Source: an uncultured Treponemataceae bacterium
GTDB taxonomy: Bacteria; Spirochaetota; Spirochaetia; Treponematales; Treponemataceae
Direction of reading: 5' to 3'
NCBI GenBank assembly: GCA_964509415.1
Contig: CAZDXD010000001.1
Coordinates: forward strand, 1 to 34,119
DNA length: 34,119 nt
The stretch's first letter is position 1; every line of letters begins with the position of its first letter. Positions 23,476 to 33,236 of the stretch are shown one piece after another. Below the pieces are notes generated by a model that was given only the letters and a program-made list of their open reading frames with translations, made no database searches and had not been told where the DNA came from. The position numbers were made by a program, and so were the translations under genes.

Positions 23476-23841
23476 TCAAAGCTCTTCGGGGAGGCAGCCT
23501 TTCATTATAAAAAGCTTAATCCCCTCGCCGTGGAATGTTTCCTTGACGGCGCGGACAGCTTTTTTTACGCCTGCAATCATATCCCTTGTAACGTATGCAA
23601 AAAGGATAAAGTTTGTCTCAGGCCAAGTGGCGGTGGAGAGCTTGCGGTCGTTTTTCCCACGCCCGTGCACAGTAGGAATAATCGTGTAAAGAATGCCGGG
23701 GCACACGGTTTCAAGAATCTCCACAATGTCGTCTTCAACTGAATTGTTCGCCACTATTTCGCAGCGGTAAAGCTCCTCATCACCTGCGGCTTGCCCGCCA
23801 TCAGCGGCAAGCGCCTCATCTTGCTTCAAATCATCAGACAT
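23476..23841 (-). CDS. Small P-II-like transporter-associated protein (PG0541-type, as I recall the family name)
   Basis: An acidic N-terminus followed by a double beta-alpha-beta pattern of about 100 aa: YRCEIVANNSVEDDIVEILE...IIPTVHGRGKN...NFILFAYVTRDMIAGVKKAVRAVKE...IKLFIM. ATG 23841 overlaps the RND stop by 8 nt, and the track start at 23904 lies inside the RND gene. Confidence 0.55.
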   Translation of the reverse strand: MSDDLKQDEALAADGGQAAGDEELYRCEIVANNSVEDDIVEILETVCPGILYTIIPTVHGRGKNDRKLSTATWPETNFILFAYVTRDMIAGVKKAVRAVKETFHGEGIKLFIMKGCLPEEL

Positions 23842-26800
23842 TTCCTGCCTCCTTGGCCTCAATTTCCGCAAGGCGCGCGAACGCCCTTGACCTGTTCTTG
23901 CCAACGTTATCGTTTTTCATGACAAAGGAGTAAACAACGGGAATAACCAGCAGAGTAATAAACGTACTTGATGTGAGACCGCCCGCGACGCACAGCGCGA
24001 TAGGCTGAACAATAGCGGCTTGCCCATCGGTGTCAAAGCACATTGGGAGCATCCCAAGTATTGTAGTAAGGGAAGTCATCAAAACGGGGCGAAGGCGCGA
24101 AACGCCGGCTGCAAGGCAAGCATCCATAAGCGCCATTCCCCTTTCGCGCAAGAGCGTCGTGTAGTCAACAAGGATAATGCCGTTGTTTACAACAATGCCC
24201 ACCAGCATGACAATTCCCATAATGGACATTATGGAAAGCGCCTGCCCCATCAGGACGTATGCCGCCGCGACACCTATTGTAAGCATGGGGATTGTAAAGA
24301 GGTTGATAAACGGAGCCTTGAAAGACTCATACGTTCCAGCCATAACGCCAAAGACAAGAAGGACAGCGAGTATGAAAATTTTAATGAACACGGAAGTTTG
24401 CTTCTGTATTTCTTCCCATGAGCCTTCATAGCTTACCGTAACGCCTTCCGGCACAATCATGTTCGCGGCAATCTCTTCTTGAATGCGCTGTTCCATAATG
24501 TCCGCGCGGGTATTGCTTATAATGTCCGCGGTAACGTGGATAACCCGCATTTGGTCTTCTCGCGCAATTGAAACGGGACCCGTTCCCTTTACAATTTCAG
24601 CGAAGTTCGCAACGCTTACGCGACCGTTTGTACCACTGACATAGATTTCGTCAAGGTTGTTAATACTCGCGCGGTCTGAAGGCTGGAGCATGACAACCAT
24701 GTTGTATTCTTCGCCCCTGTCGCGGTAAACGGCCGCCGTAACGCCGTCAATGGCCGCGTTAATCTCGTTAGCTATGGCATTGACCGTAACCCCAAAAGAG
24801 GATGCCCTCTCCCTGTCAATTATAATTTCAACCTGCGGAAGCCCCGCCGTCATTGAAACGCTAACATCCGCAATGTCATCGGTCATTGTGTTAAGGACGC
24901 GCGAGATCTCCTGTGCCGTGTCGTACGCCGCGTCAAGGTCGTTTGAACGCACTGCAATATCAATGTCATAGCCAGCCATGGACTGCGCGGTGCCCTGCTC
25001 GAAGGAGAACGTTACGCCGGGAAAATCAAGAAAATACTTTCTTAGCTTCTCTTTAATCACATCTGACGTGTCAATCCTGTCCTCAAGGTCAGGAAGCCGT
25101 ATGGAAAGGGAGCCCTTGTAGCTTGCGTCTCCCGACTGACGGCTAGATCCTGTGCCAACGCTTACAATAATGTTGGTGTAGCCTTCAATTTCATTAAAGG
25201 CAATCTGCTCAAGCTGGCGCATAACGGTTTCAGTTTCCGCAAGCGTTGTTCCTATAGGAAGTTCCACACTAAGGTCAACGGAACCTTCTTGAGCGTCATT
25301 CATGAATACGAAGTTCATGCGGTTAAGCACGACAAGCGAAAGTATAAACACGGCAACTGCCACGATTGTTGTAATAAGCCTGTGCTGCAAAACCGCTTTA
25401 AGCGAAATCCTATAGGCATTTGTAATCGCGTCAAGGATTTTGTCCAAGAATGCGTAGAAAGCGGCAAGCGCCTTGTTCTTTACAGGATGCTCCTGCCTGT
25501 TTGTAAGCGGAAGAAAATGCCCCGCGAGCGCTGGAACAAGGAGGAGAGCAACAAGAAGGCTGGACAGAAGCGCTATGACAATGACGAAAATAATTTCCTT
25601 TAACATCTGCCCCATCATTTCAAGGTCCGCCATAAAGAGAATGAACGGAATAAAAACGCAGACTGTAGTCAGGTTTCCTGAAAAAACGGAAGCAAACATT
25701 TCAGAAGAACCGAGTATTGCCGATATGTGTGGCTTTGCCCCCCGCATTCGATATGCATAGATGTTATCGATCATAACAACGGAAGCGTCGACTACCATGC
25801 CAAGCGCTAGGATAAGCCCCGTAAAGGTAACCATGTTAAGCGTAATATCCGCAAGGTACATTGCAAGGATTGTTATAATCATTGAAAGCGGAATTGATAC
25901 GGCAATGATAATTGTGCTTTTCATGCTCTTTAGGAACACAAAAAGAACCGCGACCGCAAGGACAATGCCCTGCACTAGGGATTCAATCAATGTGGCGATA
26001 GTGTCCCTTATGTCGTCAGTGTTGTCAGAGATAATCTCAAGCGTAACACCGGGCGGCAGCATTTGGCGGACGGCGTCAAGCCTTTCATAGACGGCATTCG
26101 CTACCGTTACGGTGTTCTTGCCGCTTTGCTTCACAACGCTAAGGTAAACGCCTTCCTCTCCGTTTATATAGACCATGTTGGACCTGTCCTCGTAGCCTTC
26201 AAAGGCGCGCCCTATGTCGGAGAGTTTTACATTATAGCCGTTGACTGTAGCGACAACGGAATTGTTTATTTCTTCCATAGAAGAAAACTCGCCCATTGTC
26301 CTGATGGTGTAGTCGCGCGTCTGCTCGGTAATCTTTCCGCCGCCAAGCTCAAGGTTCTGCGCAGCGAGCGATGTTGCGACAGACGTGAGCGTAAGGCCGA
26401 AGGCATCGAGGCGGTTCTTGTCAATCTCAACGCGGATAATCTTTTCATCACCGCCTGAAACCCTTGTTTCGGCAACGCCCGATGCTTGAGTAATCAAGTC
26501 TGCGATTGTCTCGTCAGCGTACTCGCGAAGCTCGTTTGCCGACATATTCCCGCGCACGGCAATTCGCATAATGGGCCGCGATGAAGCGTCCATCTTCATA
26601 ATGCTTGGGCTGTCGCAGTCATCAGGGAGAAAGTCGCGCACCATGTCAATCTTGTCGCGAATATCGCTTGTGGCAACGTCAAGGTCCGTGCCGTAGTTAA
26701 ATTCAAGCATTATCATCGAAACTTCGTCCATAGAGTAGGACGTTATAGAGTTAAGGTCGCTTACGCTTACAAGGGTTCCTTCCAGAATTTCCGTAACAGA

Positions 26801-26983
26801 CTTTTCTACAGATTCAGGTCCCGCGTTGTCATACGATGTATAGACAAGAATCATGGGACTTTCAGTATCAGGGAAAAGGTCAATGGGGATGCTGCTTACA
26901 ACAAAGACACCCATTATGCCCAGAAGCACGAAAACAATGAGAGTAAGGACCGGATGGTTAACAGCAGCTTTTGACGGACTCAT
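23834..26983 (-). CDS. RND efflux transporter permease (AcrB/HAE1-like)
   Basis: 1049 aa with 12-TM, two-large-loop RND architecture. Typical N-terminus (NHPVLTLIVFVLLGIMGVFVVSSIPIDLFPD) and the motif GLILALGMVVDASVVMIDNI. Confidence 0.95.
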   Translation of the reverse strand: MSPSKAAVNHPVLTLIVFVLLGIMGVFVVSSIPIDLFPDTESPMILVYTSYDNAGPESVEKSVTEILEGTLVSVSDLNSITSYSMDEVSMIMLEFNYGTDLDVATSDIRDKIDMVRDFLPDDCDSPSIMKMDASSRPIMRIAVRGNMSANELREYADETIADLITQASGVAETRVSGGDEKIIRVEIDKNRLDAFGLTLTSVATSLAAQNLELGGGKITEQTRDYTIRTMGEFSSMEEINNSVVATVNGYNVKLSDIGRAFEGYEDRSNMVYINGEEGVYLSVVKQSGKNTVTVANAVYERLDAVRQMLPPGVTLEIISDNTDDIRDTIATLIESLVQGIVLAVAVLFVFLKSMKSTIIIAVSIPLSMIITILAMYLADITLNMVTFTGLILALGMVVDASVVMIDNIYAYRMRGAKPHISAILGSSEMFASVFSGNLTTVCVFIPFILFMADLEMMGQMLKEIIFVIVIALLSSLLVALLLVPALAGHFLPLTNRQEHPVKNKALAAFYAFLDKILDAITNAYRISLKAVLQHRLITTIVAVAVFILSLVVLNRMNFVFMNDAQEGSVDLSVELPIGTTLAETETVMRQLEQIAFNEIEGYTNIIVSVGTGSSRQSGDASYKGSLSIRLPDLEDRIDTSDVIKEKLRKYFLDFPGVTFSFEQGTAQSMAGYDIDIAVRSNDLDAAYDTAQEISRVLNTMTDDIADVSVSMTAGLPQVEIIIDRERASSFGVTVNAIANEINAAIDGVTAAVYRDRGEEYNMVVMLQPSDRASINNLDEIYVSGTNGRVSVANFAEIVKGTGPVSIAREDQMRVIHVTADIISNTRADIMEQRIQEEIAANMIVPEGVTVSYEGSWEEIQKQTSVFIKIFILAVLLVFGVMAGTYESFKAPFINLFTIPMLTIGVAAAYVLMGQALSIMSIMGIVMLVGIVVNNGIILVDYTTLLRERGMALMDACLAAGVSRLRPVLMTSLTTILGMLPMCFDTDGQAAIVQPIALCVAGGLTSSTFITLLVIPVVYSFVMKNDNVGKNRSRAFARLAEIEAKEAGNV

Positions 26984-27975
26984 GCGGCGCTTCCTCCCGT
27001 GGGTCCTGCATCCGCTTTCGCCGTTTCAACCGAGTCTGCCTGCAAAAGGGAGGCTGAAACCGCAGAAATATCGCGAATTGAAGCGCCGTCATAAAGAAGG
27101 TGCATTCCCTCGATAATCACCCTATCATTATCATTAATCCCGCTTACAATCTCTGTAAGGCCGTCAACAGTCATGCCCACGTCAACATTGCGCTGAATAG
27201 CACGGGAACCGTCTTCGCTTACAACAAAGACGTGCGGCGTTCCAAAGGAAGTGAGAATGGCGGTCTCGGGGACTACAATCGCATTATTCTTTTCCGTTGT
27301 GAAGAGCCTTACCTTGGCGTACATGCCGGCGTTGATACGGGAGTCGTCTTCGTTAAAGGTAAGCTGAAGCTCCTTTGTCCTTGAAGTTGAGTCTACAACG
27401 GGAGACACACGCACTACAGTCGCCGCAAACTCAACGCCGGGATAGGCATCTAGGGTAACGACAGCCTGCATTCCCGTTGACAAAAGGGCGGAATAGCGTT
27501 CCGGCACGTTGGTGGTAACCTGAAGGTCGTCAATGCTGCCTATAACGGCTATAGCTGTGGAAGTGGTTACGGTGCTGCCCGGCTGGAGCGGCTGCGACGT
27601 AATTGCCCCTGAAAGGGGCGCTACAACGGGGCTTATTTCGTAGGGAACGCCGGGCGTTGACGGGTCAACCTCCGCTATTACCTGCCCCCTCGTTACCATG
27701 GAGCCCAAGTTTACATGGGTGCGCACTAGCTTTCCGCCCATGTCGGGATACACGTCAATGGAGCTTGTAGCCTCGACATCGCCGCTTGCCTGAATATAGT
27801 CAATCAGTGTTTGCCGCGCTGCTGGCTCGCTTCGCACCGAATATGTAACCGTCTGATCGGCGCTCCGCTCAGGCATTCTTGAAGCTCCGCCTGGCATCAT
27901 AAACACGGCTACGACTACTATAACGCAGATTGCCGCAACAATAACTACAGCGGCTTTTTTTTTGGTATTCGCCAT
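26980..27975 (-). CDS. Efflux RND periplasmic adaptor (membrane fusion protein, HlyD family)
   Basis: N-terminal TM anchor, lipoyl/beta-barrel motifs (GQVIAEVDP, APLSGAIT, PGSTV, VVPETAIL), and an overlap with the RND start. Start set at ATG 27975 (MANTKKK), just after the tolC stop. Confidence 0.88.
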   Translation of the reverse strand: MANTKKKAAVVIVAAICVIVVVAVFMMPGGASRMPERSADQTVTYSVRSEPAARQTLIDYIQASGDVEATSSIDVYPDMGGKLVRTHVNLGSMVTRGQVIAEVDPSTPGVPYEISPVVAPLSGAITSQPLQPGSTVTTSTAIAVIGSIDDLQVTTNVPERYSALLSTGMQAVVTLDAYPGVEFAATVVRVSPVVDSTSRTKELQLTFNEDDSRINAGMYAKVRLFTTEKNNAIVVPETAILTSFGTPHVFVVSEDGSRAIQRNVDVGMTVDGLTEIVSGINDNDRVIIEGMHLLYDGASIRDISAVSASLLQADSVETAKADAGPTGGSAA

Positions 27976-27979
27976 TATT

Positions 27980-29311
27980 CTATTCCTCCGATTCTTCCAC
28001 CGGCGTGACAAATGTCCCGAATGGGATTCCGGTAGTGTTTTCAAGATTGAGTATTGTAACGCTTAAATTGTAAAGCTCTGAAAGAAGGGCGACCTCAGCC
28101 TCAAAGAGGGTATCAGAGGCATCCTGAAGGCTCAAGAAATCCCGCGCCCCGCGATTGTATGCGTCAAAGGCAAGGTCGTATGACCTTTGCGCAAGATTGA
28201 CATTAGCCCGGCAAGTTTCTATGGAAGAGCGGGTAACATTCACCTGCCTTAGATAGGAAGAAACACTGTTCCTTACAGAAAGCCTTTCATCTTCAAGCTG
28301 AAGCTCAAGGTCGGCAACAGTATCTTTGGCATCCGATATGCTGTCAGCTGCGGATGACCAAGGGAAGTAGCAGTCAATCGGCACTGAAACAGAAATGGTC
28401 AATCCCCCGTAGTCTGTCCAGTCGTCAAAAAGGCTTTCGCCGGTTATGCCGCCCCCCCGAGTTGTAGGCTGCACATTCCAAGAAAGGCCGATTGTAGGCC
28501 CGTAGTAGTAAAGCCGCGTTGAGGTAAGCGTTGAGCGCGCCGTCTCTAGCTGCTTTTCCAGCAATGTGATGGAAGGCGGCTTTATCTCCTCTAGGTTGAG
28601 GGTAATCTCTCCTATATTAAGGAAGTCATCGAGCGAGCCGTCAAGCTCAATCTCATCGCGCACATCCAAGCCAATCAAAATCTTGAAAGTGTCAAGGTCG
28701 TTAAGGTATGTCGTGCGCGCGTTCTCTAACGTGGGCTTTTGCTGCTCGTACTGCACCTGCGCGGTGAGCACGTCAAGCTCGCTTATCCTCCCCGCCTGAT
28801 ACTGGCGCAGGTTTTGCTCGTACTGCTGCCTCGCCGTTTCAAGGTTGCGCTCTTGCTGTTCAATATAAGCCTGCTCGTACAAAAGCCCGTAAAACGCCTG
28901 CCTTACCGAAAGCTCTATGGAGCGGACAGCCTCGTCAAAGGTAAGCTCCCCAGTTTCATACTGAAGGCGGGCGTTTTTAATGCCTGCGATTAGCGCGGGC
29001 GAAAGATTAAAGCCCACCGCGACATTCCCGTACATCATGTGGCGGTAGCTCGTGCTTGCGTACTCGCTGCTCTCGTTCACCGAGTAGCCGCCGCCTACGC
29101 TCACCGATGGCGAAAACTCATTCCAAGCGTGCTTTTTTGCCCTTTCAAGCGCCCGCAGGGTAATGGCGCTACGCTCAATGCTTATATTGTTTTCAAATGC
29201 CAGCTGAACCGCATAGTCAATGGTCACAACAGTCTGCGCGGACACAGCGCCTGCAAAAAGCGCAAAGAGCGCCAGCGCGGGCAACAGCCGGCAGCCGAAT
29301 CTTATCTTCAT
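27980..29311 (-). CDS. TolC-family outer membrane efflux protein
   Basis: Signal peptide MKIRFGCRLLPALALFALFAGAVSAQ and two repeated coiled-coil/beta halves with typical TolC phrases (AVQLAFENN, LEQQERNLETARQQYE, AGRISELDVLTAQ). GGAGG lies 4 nt before ATG 29311. Confidence 0.85.
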   Translation of the reverse strand: MKIRFGCRLLPALALFALFAGAVSAQTVVTIDYAVQLAFENNISIERSAITLRALERAKKHAWNEFSPSVSVGGGYSVNESSEYASTSYRHMMYGNVAVGFNLSPALIAGIKNARLQYETGELTFDEAVRSIELSVRQAFYGLLYEQAYIEQQERNLETARQQYEQNLRQYQAGRISELDVLTAQVQYEQQKPTLENARTTYLNDLDTFKILIGLDVRDEIELDGSLDDFLNIGEITLNLEEIKPPSITLLEKQLETARSTLTSTRLYYYGPTIGLSWNVQPTTRGGGITGESLFDDWTDYGGLTISVSVPIDCYFPWSSAADSISDAKDTVADLELQLEDERLSVRNSVSSYLRQVNVTRSSIETCRANVNLAQRSYDLAFDAYNRGARDFLSLQDASDTLFEAEVALLSELYNLSVTILNLENTTGIPFGTFVTPVEESEE

Positions 29312-29387
29312 AAAACCTCCAATCCTGAAGCTTTGATTGAACAATATATCAATAAAAGGCACAAGCCTCCAGAAATGTTGCACAAAA

Positions 29388-29414
29388 AAGCATATAACAT
29401 TTTGTTATATGCTT
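29388..29414. promoter_or_regulatory. Perfect 11-bp inverted repeat (AAGCATATAAC-N5-GTTATATGCTT), candidate operator
   Basis: Read directly. It sits in the 187-bp divergent region between the tolC operon and the GT4 gene, 15 bp upstream of a TTGACA box. Confidence 0.45.
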
Positions 29415-29429
29415 GCAGCAAGTTCTCAT

Positions 29430-29458
29430 TTGACATCCCTCTTCTTTCACTGTATCTT
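29430..29458 (+). promoter_or_regulatory. Candidate promoter: TTGACA (29430..29435), 17-nt spacer, TATCTT (29453..29458)
   Basis: Hexamers read directly, 40 nt upstream of ATG 29499. Confidence 0.35.
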
Positions 29459-29498
29459 GGGCGGTGAAAGCTTGTAAAACAGGAACTAATAGATTTTC

Positions 29499-30653
29499 AT
29501 GACTATTCTCGGACTTTTCCTCAATAAGGAAGTGCTCACCGGCGGAAACAGGCGTTATTTGGAGTTAATGGAAGCCCTCGCGGAAAAGGGAGAAAGCGTG
29601 TTCGTAATTATGAATACGCTCCTTGACTACACTCCGCGCTTTTTTGCGAAAATCCCGCTGACTGTCCCGTATGTAAGACGGGGGTTTCCGCCCGCCTCGT
29701 TTTTATTCCGCAGAGCCTGCGTCAAACACTTTGAAAGCGAGATAAGCCCTGCTCTTCCTCAAAGCCTTGACTGGATACACATTCACGGTGACAAGCATTT
29801 AAGCGCGGCTCTTTTCTTGTGCAAAAAAACTAATGCTCCTCTTTTTTATGCTTCAAGACTGAACGATATAACCTGCATGCAAGTCTTGCGCGAGCATGGC
29901 GAGATGCGGGGAAAAGAGCTCTTGCGCTCATATTTAACAGAGCGGATTTGCCGCAAAAGGGAAAAGACGATTGCGCGCCGCGCCCGCCTTATAGCCTTTC
30001 AGGGCACAAGGGACAGGGATTTGTTTTGCATGCGCACGGGTGCGGATAAGGCAAAAACCGTGATTATACCCGGCAACATAGAACCTTCGCGCTGTACTGC
30101 GGAATGGGAAAACTCAAACGCTGCGGTGTCTGCGGAAAAGCTTGTCTTTCCAGGGGGTTTTTCAAACGCTAAAGGCTTTGCCGATATGCTTTACGCCTTT
30201 GCGGCCGCCGCAGAAAAAACAAAGAAAGCGCTTTATCTTTCAGTTATGGGGCGGGGAACGAAGAGGCAAGAAGCTGAAGCAATTAGGCTTATCGAAAAGC
30301 TTAAGGTTAAGAACAGAGTCTCTCTTGAAGGATATGTAAATCCCCCCTTTTCCGTTTTTGCCGCCTGCGGTCTTGTTGTGTATCCTACCATGCAAGATGC
30401 ATTCCCTGACACAATACTTGAAGCTCTTCATTGCGGCTGCCCTGTTATTGCAAGCGATATTGGGGACATTGCGGACATTCTCCCCGCGGAATGCCTTTTT
30501 GAGGCGGGCAACCCCGCATCTTGCGCCGAGCTCATCCTTCGCTGCGTAGAGGACGCAGGGTTTTATGCACAAATACGGGCGCTTTGCAGGGAGAGGGCTA
30601 CTGCTTTCCGCTTTGATTGGGCTGAAAGGTGGATTGAGGCCATGAGGGGCTAA
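29499..30653 (+). CDS. Family 4 (GT-B) glycosyltransferase
   Basis: C-terminal GT1/GT4 motif YPTMQDAFPDTILEALHCGCPVIASDIGDI (E-x7-E-like region) and an N-terminal GGxxRY segment. Confidence 0.85.
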   Translation: MTILGLFLNKEVLTGGNRRYLELMEALAEKGESVFVIMNTLLDYTPRFFAKIPLTVPYVRRGFPPASFLFRRACVKHFESEISPALPQSLDWIHIHGDKHLSAALFLCKKTNAPLFYASRLNDITCMQVLREHGEMRGKELLRSYLTERICRKREKTIARRARLIAFQGTRDRDLFCMRTGADKAKTVIIPGNIEPSRCTAEWENSNAAVSAEKLVFPGGFSNAKGFADMLYAFAAAAEKTKKALYLSVMGRGTKRQEAEAIRLIEKLKVKNRVSLEGYVNPPFSVFAACGLVVYPTMQDAFPDTILEALHCGCPVIASDIGDIADILPAECLFEAGNPASCAELILRCVEDAGFYAQIRALCRERATAFRFDWAERWIEAMRG

Positions 30654-30734
30654 GGGCTGCCTTGCCCTGCCATAACTCTAGAGGCTACCAGCCGCACGGC
30701 AGCGTACTACCCACTACCAACTAAACGCCCTTTC

Positions 30735-30743
30735 TGCTATTAT
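30735..30743 (+). promoter_or_regulatory. Extended -10 element TGcTATTAT, 7 nt before the prfA ATG
   Basis: tgctattat cttctat atg read directly. No SD. Confidence 0.4.
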
Positions 30744-30750
30744 CTTCTAT

Positions 30751-31833
30751 ATGAAGGAACGTCTTGAGCGGCTAAAGGCTCGCTTCAGCGAAATCGAGGC
30801 GGAAGTGCAGGACCCCGCTCTTGTTAAAAACCCTGCAAAGTACAAGGATGTTATGCGCGAGCACTCTTATCTTTCTGCCCTTATGGAAGAGTATGCCGCT
30901 TATCTCAAACTTGAGCAGGAGCTTGAGGAGGCAAAGGCGCTTTTGCGCGAGAGCAGCGACGCGGAAATAAAAGAAATGGCGCGGGAGGAGCAGCACTCGC
31001 TTGAAGAAAAACTTGAGGAGAGCGAGGGACGGCTTAAAACGCTTTTAATCCCCCCCGACCCTCTTGAAGAGAAGAACATCATTATGGAAATACGCGGCGG
31101 TACCGGCGGGGAGGAGGCCGCCCTCTTTGCGGCGGACCTTTTCAGAATGTACGCGCGCTATGCCGAGCGCAAGGGCTGGAAATACGAAATGCTGGGCGCG
31201 AACGAAACGGAACTTGGCGGCTATAAGGAAATCACCGTGTCAATTTCAGGAAAATACGTTTACGGCAGCCTGCGCTACGAGTCGGGCGTTCACAGGGTGC
31301 AGCGCGTGCCTGAAACCGAAGCGTCAGGGCGAATCCAGACAAGCGCGGCAACGGTTGCCGTGCTCCCCGAAGCCGAAGAAACGGAGGTGAACATCAGACA
31401 GGAAGACTTGCGCATTGACGTTATGCGGGCGGGCGGACCAGGCGGCCAATGCGTAAACACTACGGACTCCGCCGTGCGCATTACGCACATTCCCACGGGG
31501 ATTGTCGTTATTCAGCAGGACGAAAAAAGCCAGCTAAAGAACAAGGCGAAGGCTATGCGCGTCTTGCGCACTCGCCTTTTTGAAATGGAAGAAGCAAAGA
31601 AGAACGCAGAGCGCGCCGAAAACCGCAAAAGCCAGGTGGGCTCAGGGGACCGCTCCGAGCGCATACGCACATACAACTTTCCGCAAAACCGAGTTACTGA
31701 CCACAGGATTGGCCTAACTCTTTACAAGCTGGATGCCGTGATGCAAGGCGAGCTAGATGAGCTAATTGAAGCCCTGTGCATTGCCGCGCGCGAGGAGCAA
31801 CTACGCGCTACAGCTGAGGCTACAAACTCATGA
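30751..31833 (+). CDS. prfA: Peptide chain release factor 1
   Basis: GGQ motif (AGGPGGQCVNTTDSAVRITHIPTG), the PxT tripeptide region RVQRVPETEASGRIQTS (RF1-type, not SPF), and C-terminal RIRTYNFPQNRVTDHRI. Confidence 0.95.
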   Translation: MKERLERLKARFSEIEAEVQDPALVKNPAKYKDVMREHSYLSALMEEYAAYLKLEQELEEAKALLRESSDAEIKEMAREEQHSLEEKLEESEGRLKTLLIPPDPLEEKNIIMEIRGGTGGEEAALFAADLFRMYARYAERKGWKYEMLGANETELGGYKEITVSISGKYVYGSLRYESGVHRVQRVPETEASGRIQTSAATVAVLPEAEETEVNIRQEDLRIDVMRAGGPGGQCVNTTDSAVRITHIPTGIVVIQQDEKSQLKNKAKAMRVLRTRLFEMEEAKKNAERAENRKSQVGSGDRSERIRTYNFPQNRVTDHRIGLTLYKLDAVMQGELDELIEALCIAAREEQLRATAEATNS

Positions 31834-33182
31834 GGGCAGCCTTTGCAAATGAGCGCGCCGCGGACCGCCTTCCTCTAGAAAGCACGGAGAGCCTTGAAGC
31901 AAAAAAAGGGGCTATGGCCCTTGCGCGGCAGGCGCCGATTTACGGCAGGAACAACGACATCCGCAGCGAGTTTGAGCGGGATTACACGCGCATTTTGCAC
32001 TGCCAAGCCTTTAGGCGGCTTAAGCACAAGACGCAAGTGTTTTTTGCGCCGCAAAACGACCATATTTGCACGCGCATGGAGCACGTCTTGCACGTTGAAT
32101 CCGTTGCGGGGACCATCGCGAAATACTTAGGCTTAAACTCAAGCCTAACATCCGCTATCGCTATAGGGCATGACATAGGGCACGCGCCATTCGGCCATTA
32201 CGGGGAGGAATGCCTAAATGAGATTTTGGCAGAGACCGAAAGCGTTAACCCTCTAAAGAAAAGCGGAGACTCAAAGGAAGAAACCGCGCAAAAAAGCGGC
32301 ATTGTCCGAAAGAAGTTTTGGCACGAGCGCAACAGCCTTTTTTTTGCGGACTACATTGAAACTCTCCCCGACCCGGAAGGCATTGAAAGGCAACTTAATC
32401 TTACATACGCCGTGCGCGATGGGCTGATATGCCATTGCGGGGAAATTGACCAACAGGGGATTAAGCCGCGGAATGAGGCTTTTGACCTTTATTCGATTAA
32501 AACGCCTGGCACAGTGCAGCCCTTTACGTGGGAGGGGTGCGTTGTGAAGGTTGCGGACAAAATTGCCTATCTTGGCCGCGACCTTGAGGACGCGCGGCTT
32601 TACAATATTATAGACATGAAGGCGCACCGCCGCCTAAAGGAAATAACGGAAACCTGCCTAAGGCGGGTGGTTCCCGCTAAGGAAAGCGCAAAAAACACTG
32701 TGCTTAACACCACCGTGCTTATAAACGAGCTTGTTGCTGACTTGTGCAACCAAAGCTCGCCCAGTGAGGGCCTCAATTTTTCGCCTGCGTTTTTCGACTT
32801 TATTGTGGAGCTAAAGAAGTTCAGCTACAAGTTTATTTATTCGCACTGGCGGCTTTTGGAGTTTCAAAATTACGCAGGCGTTGTTCTGCGCACAATATGG
32901 CGCACTCTTCTTAGGGCTTACCCTTACGTTAAAAGCGGACGGATAGCTCAAGCCCTGCGGCAATATCGAAATCTCTCTGGAACCTTTGAGGAGTGGCTTA
33001 TCAAGTACACGGAGTATGTGCCCGAAGGCCGCTCTAGCGCAAGCGTTAAGGCAAAGTATGCCGTACGCCCCGTATTCGACATTGCCGATGAAGCCTCTTA
33101 TCATAAGTGTGTGCTCGAGTATATTTCAGGCATGACGGACATTTACGCCATCAAGGTGTTTGAGGAGATTGTGTCGTTTTGA
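31830..33182 (+). CDS. dGTP triphosphohydrolase-like HD-domain phosphohydrolase
   Basis: FERDYTRILHCQAFRRLKHKTQVF, TRMEHVLHVESV, GHDIGHAPFGH, DKIAYLGRDLEDA. An ATGA overlaps the prfA stop. An alternative start at ATG 31914 is possible. Confidence 0.85.
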   Translation: MRAAFANERAADRLPLESTESLEAKKGAMALARQAPIYGRNNDIRSEFERDYTRILHCQAFRRLKHKTQVFFAPQNDHICTRMEHVLHVESVAGTIAKYLGLNSSLTSAIAIGHDIGHAPFGHYGEECLNEILAETESVNPLKKSGDSKEETAQKSGIVRKKFWHERNSLFFADYIETLPDPEGIERQLNLTYAVRDGLICHCGEIDQQGIKPRNEAFDLYSIKTPGTVQPFTWEGCVVKVADKIAYLGRDLEDARLYNIIDMKAHRRLKEITETCLRRVVPAKESAKNTVLNTTVLINELVADLCNQSSPSEGLNFSPAFFDFIVELKKFSYKFIYSHWRLLEFQNYAGVVLRTIWRTLLRAYPYVKSGRIAQALRQYRNLSGTFEEWLIKYTEYVPEGRSSASVKAKYAVRPVFDIADEASYHKCVLEYISGMTDIYAIKVFEEIVSF

Positions 33183-33236
33183 GGCTAGAAGGCAATACGC
33201 CTGCGCTTCTTTCTTTTCTGTGATATGCTTTGACCA

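Noticed and set aside
27976-28044. N-terminal extensions proposed by the ORF track for the MFP (to 28044), TolC (to 29383) and the P-II-like protein (to 23904)
   Set aside because: The extensions run into the preceding gene or lack signal-peptide logic. Internal ATGs give a proper TM anchor or signal peptide, and for tolC a GGAGG SD.
31297-31317. RF1 tripeptide region reading PET where I remember PAT
   Set aside because: The discriminator motif is PxT, so the middle residue varies. With the GGQ context this is an ordinary RF1 and not a recoding-related variant.
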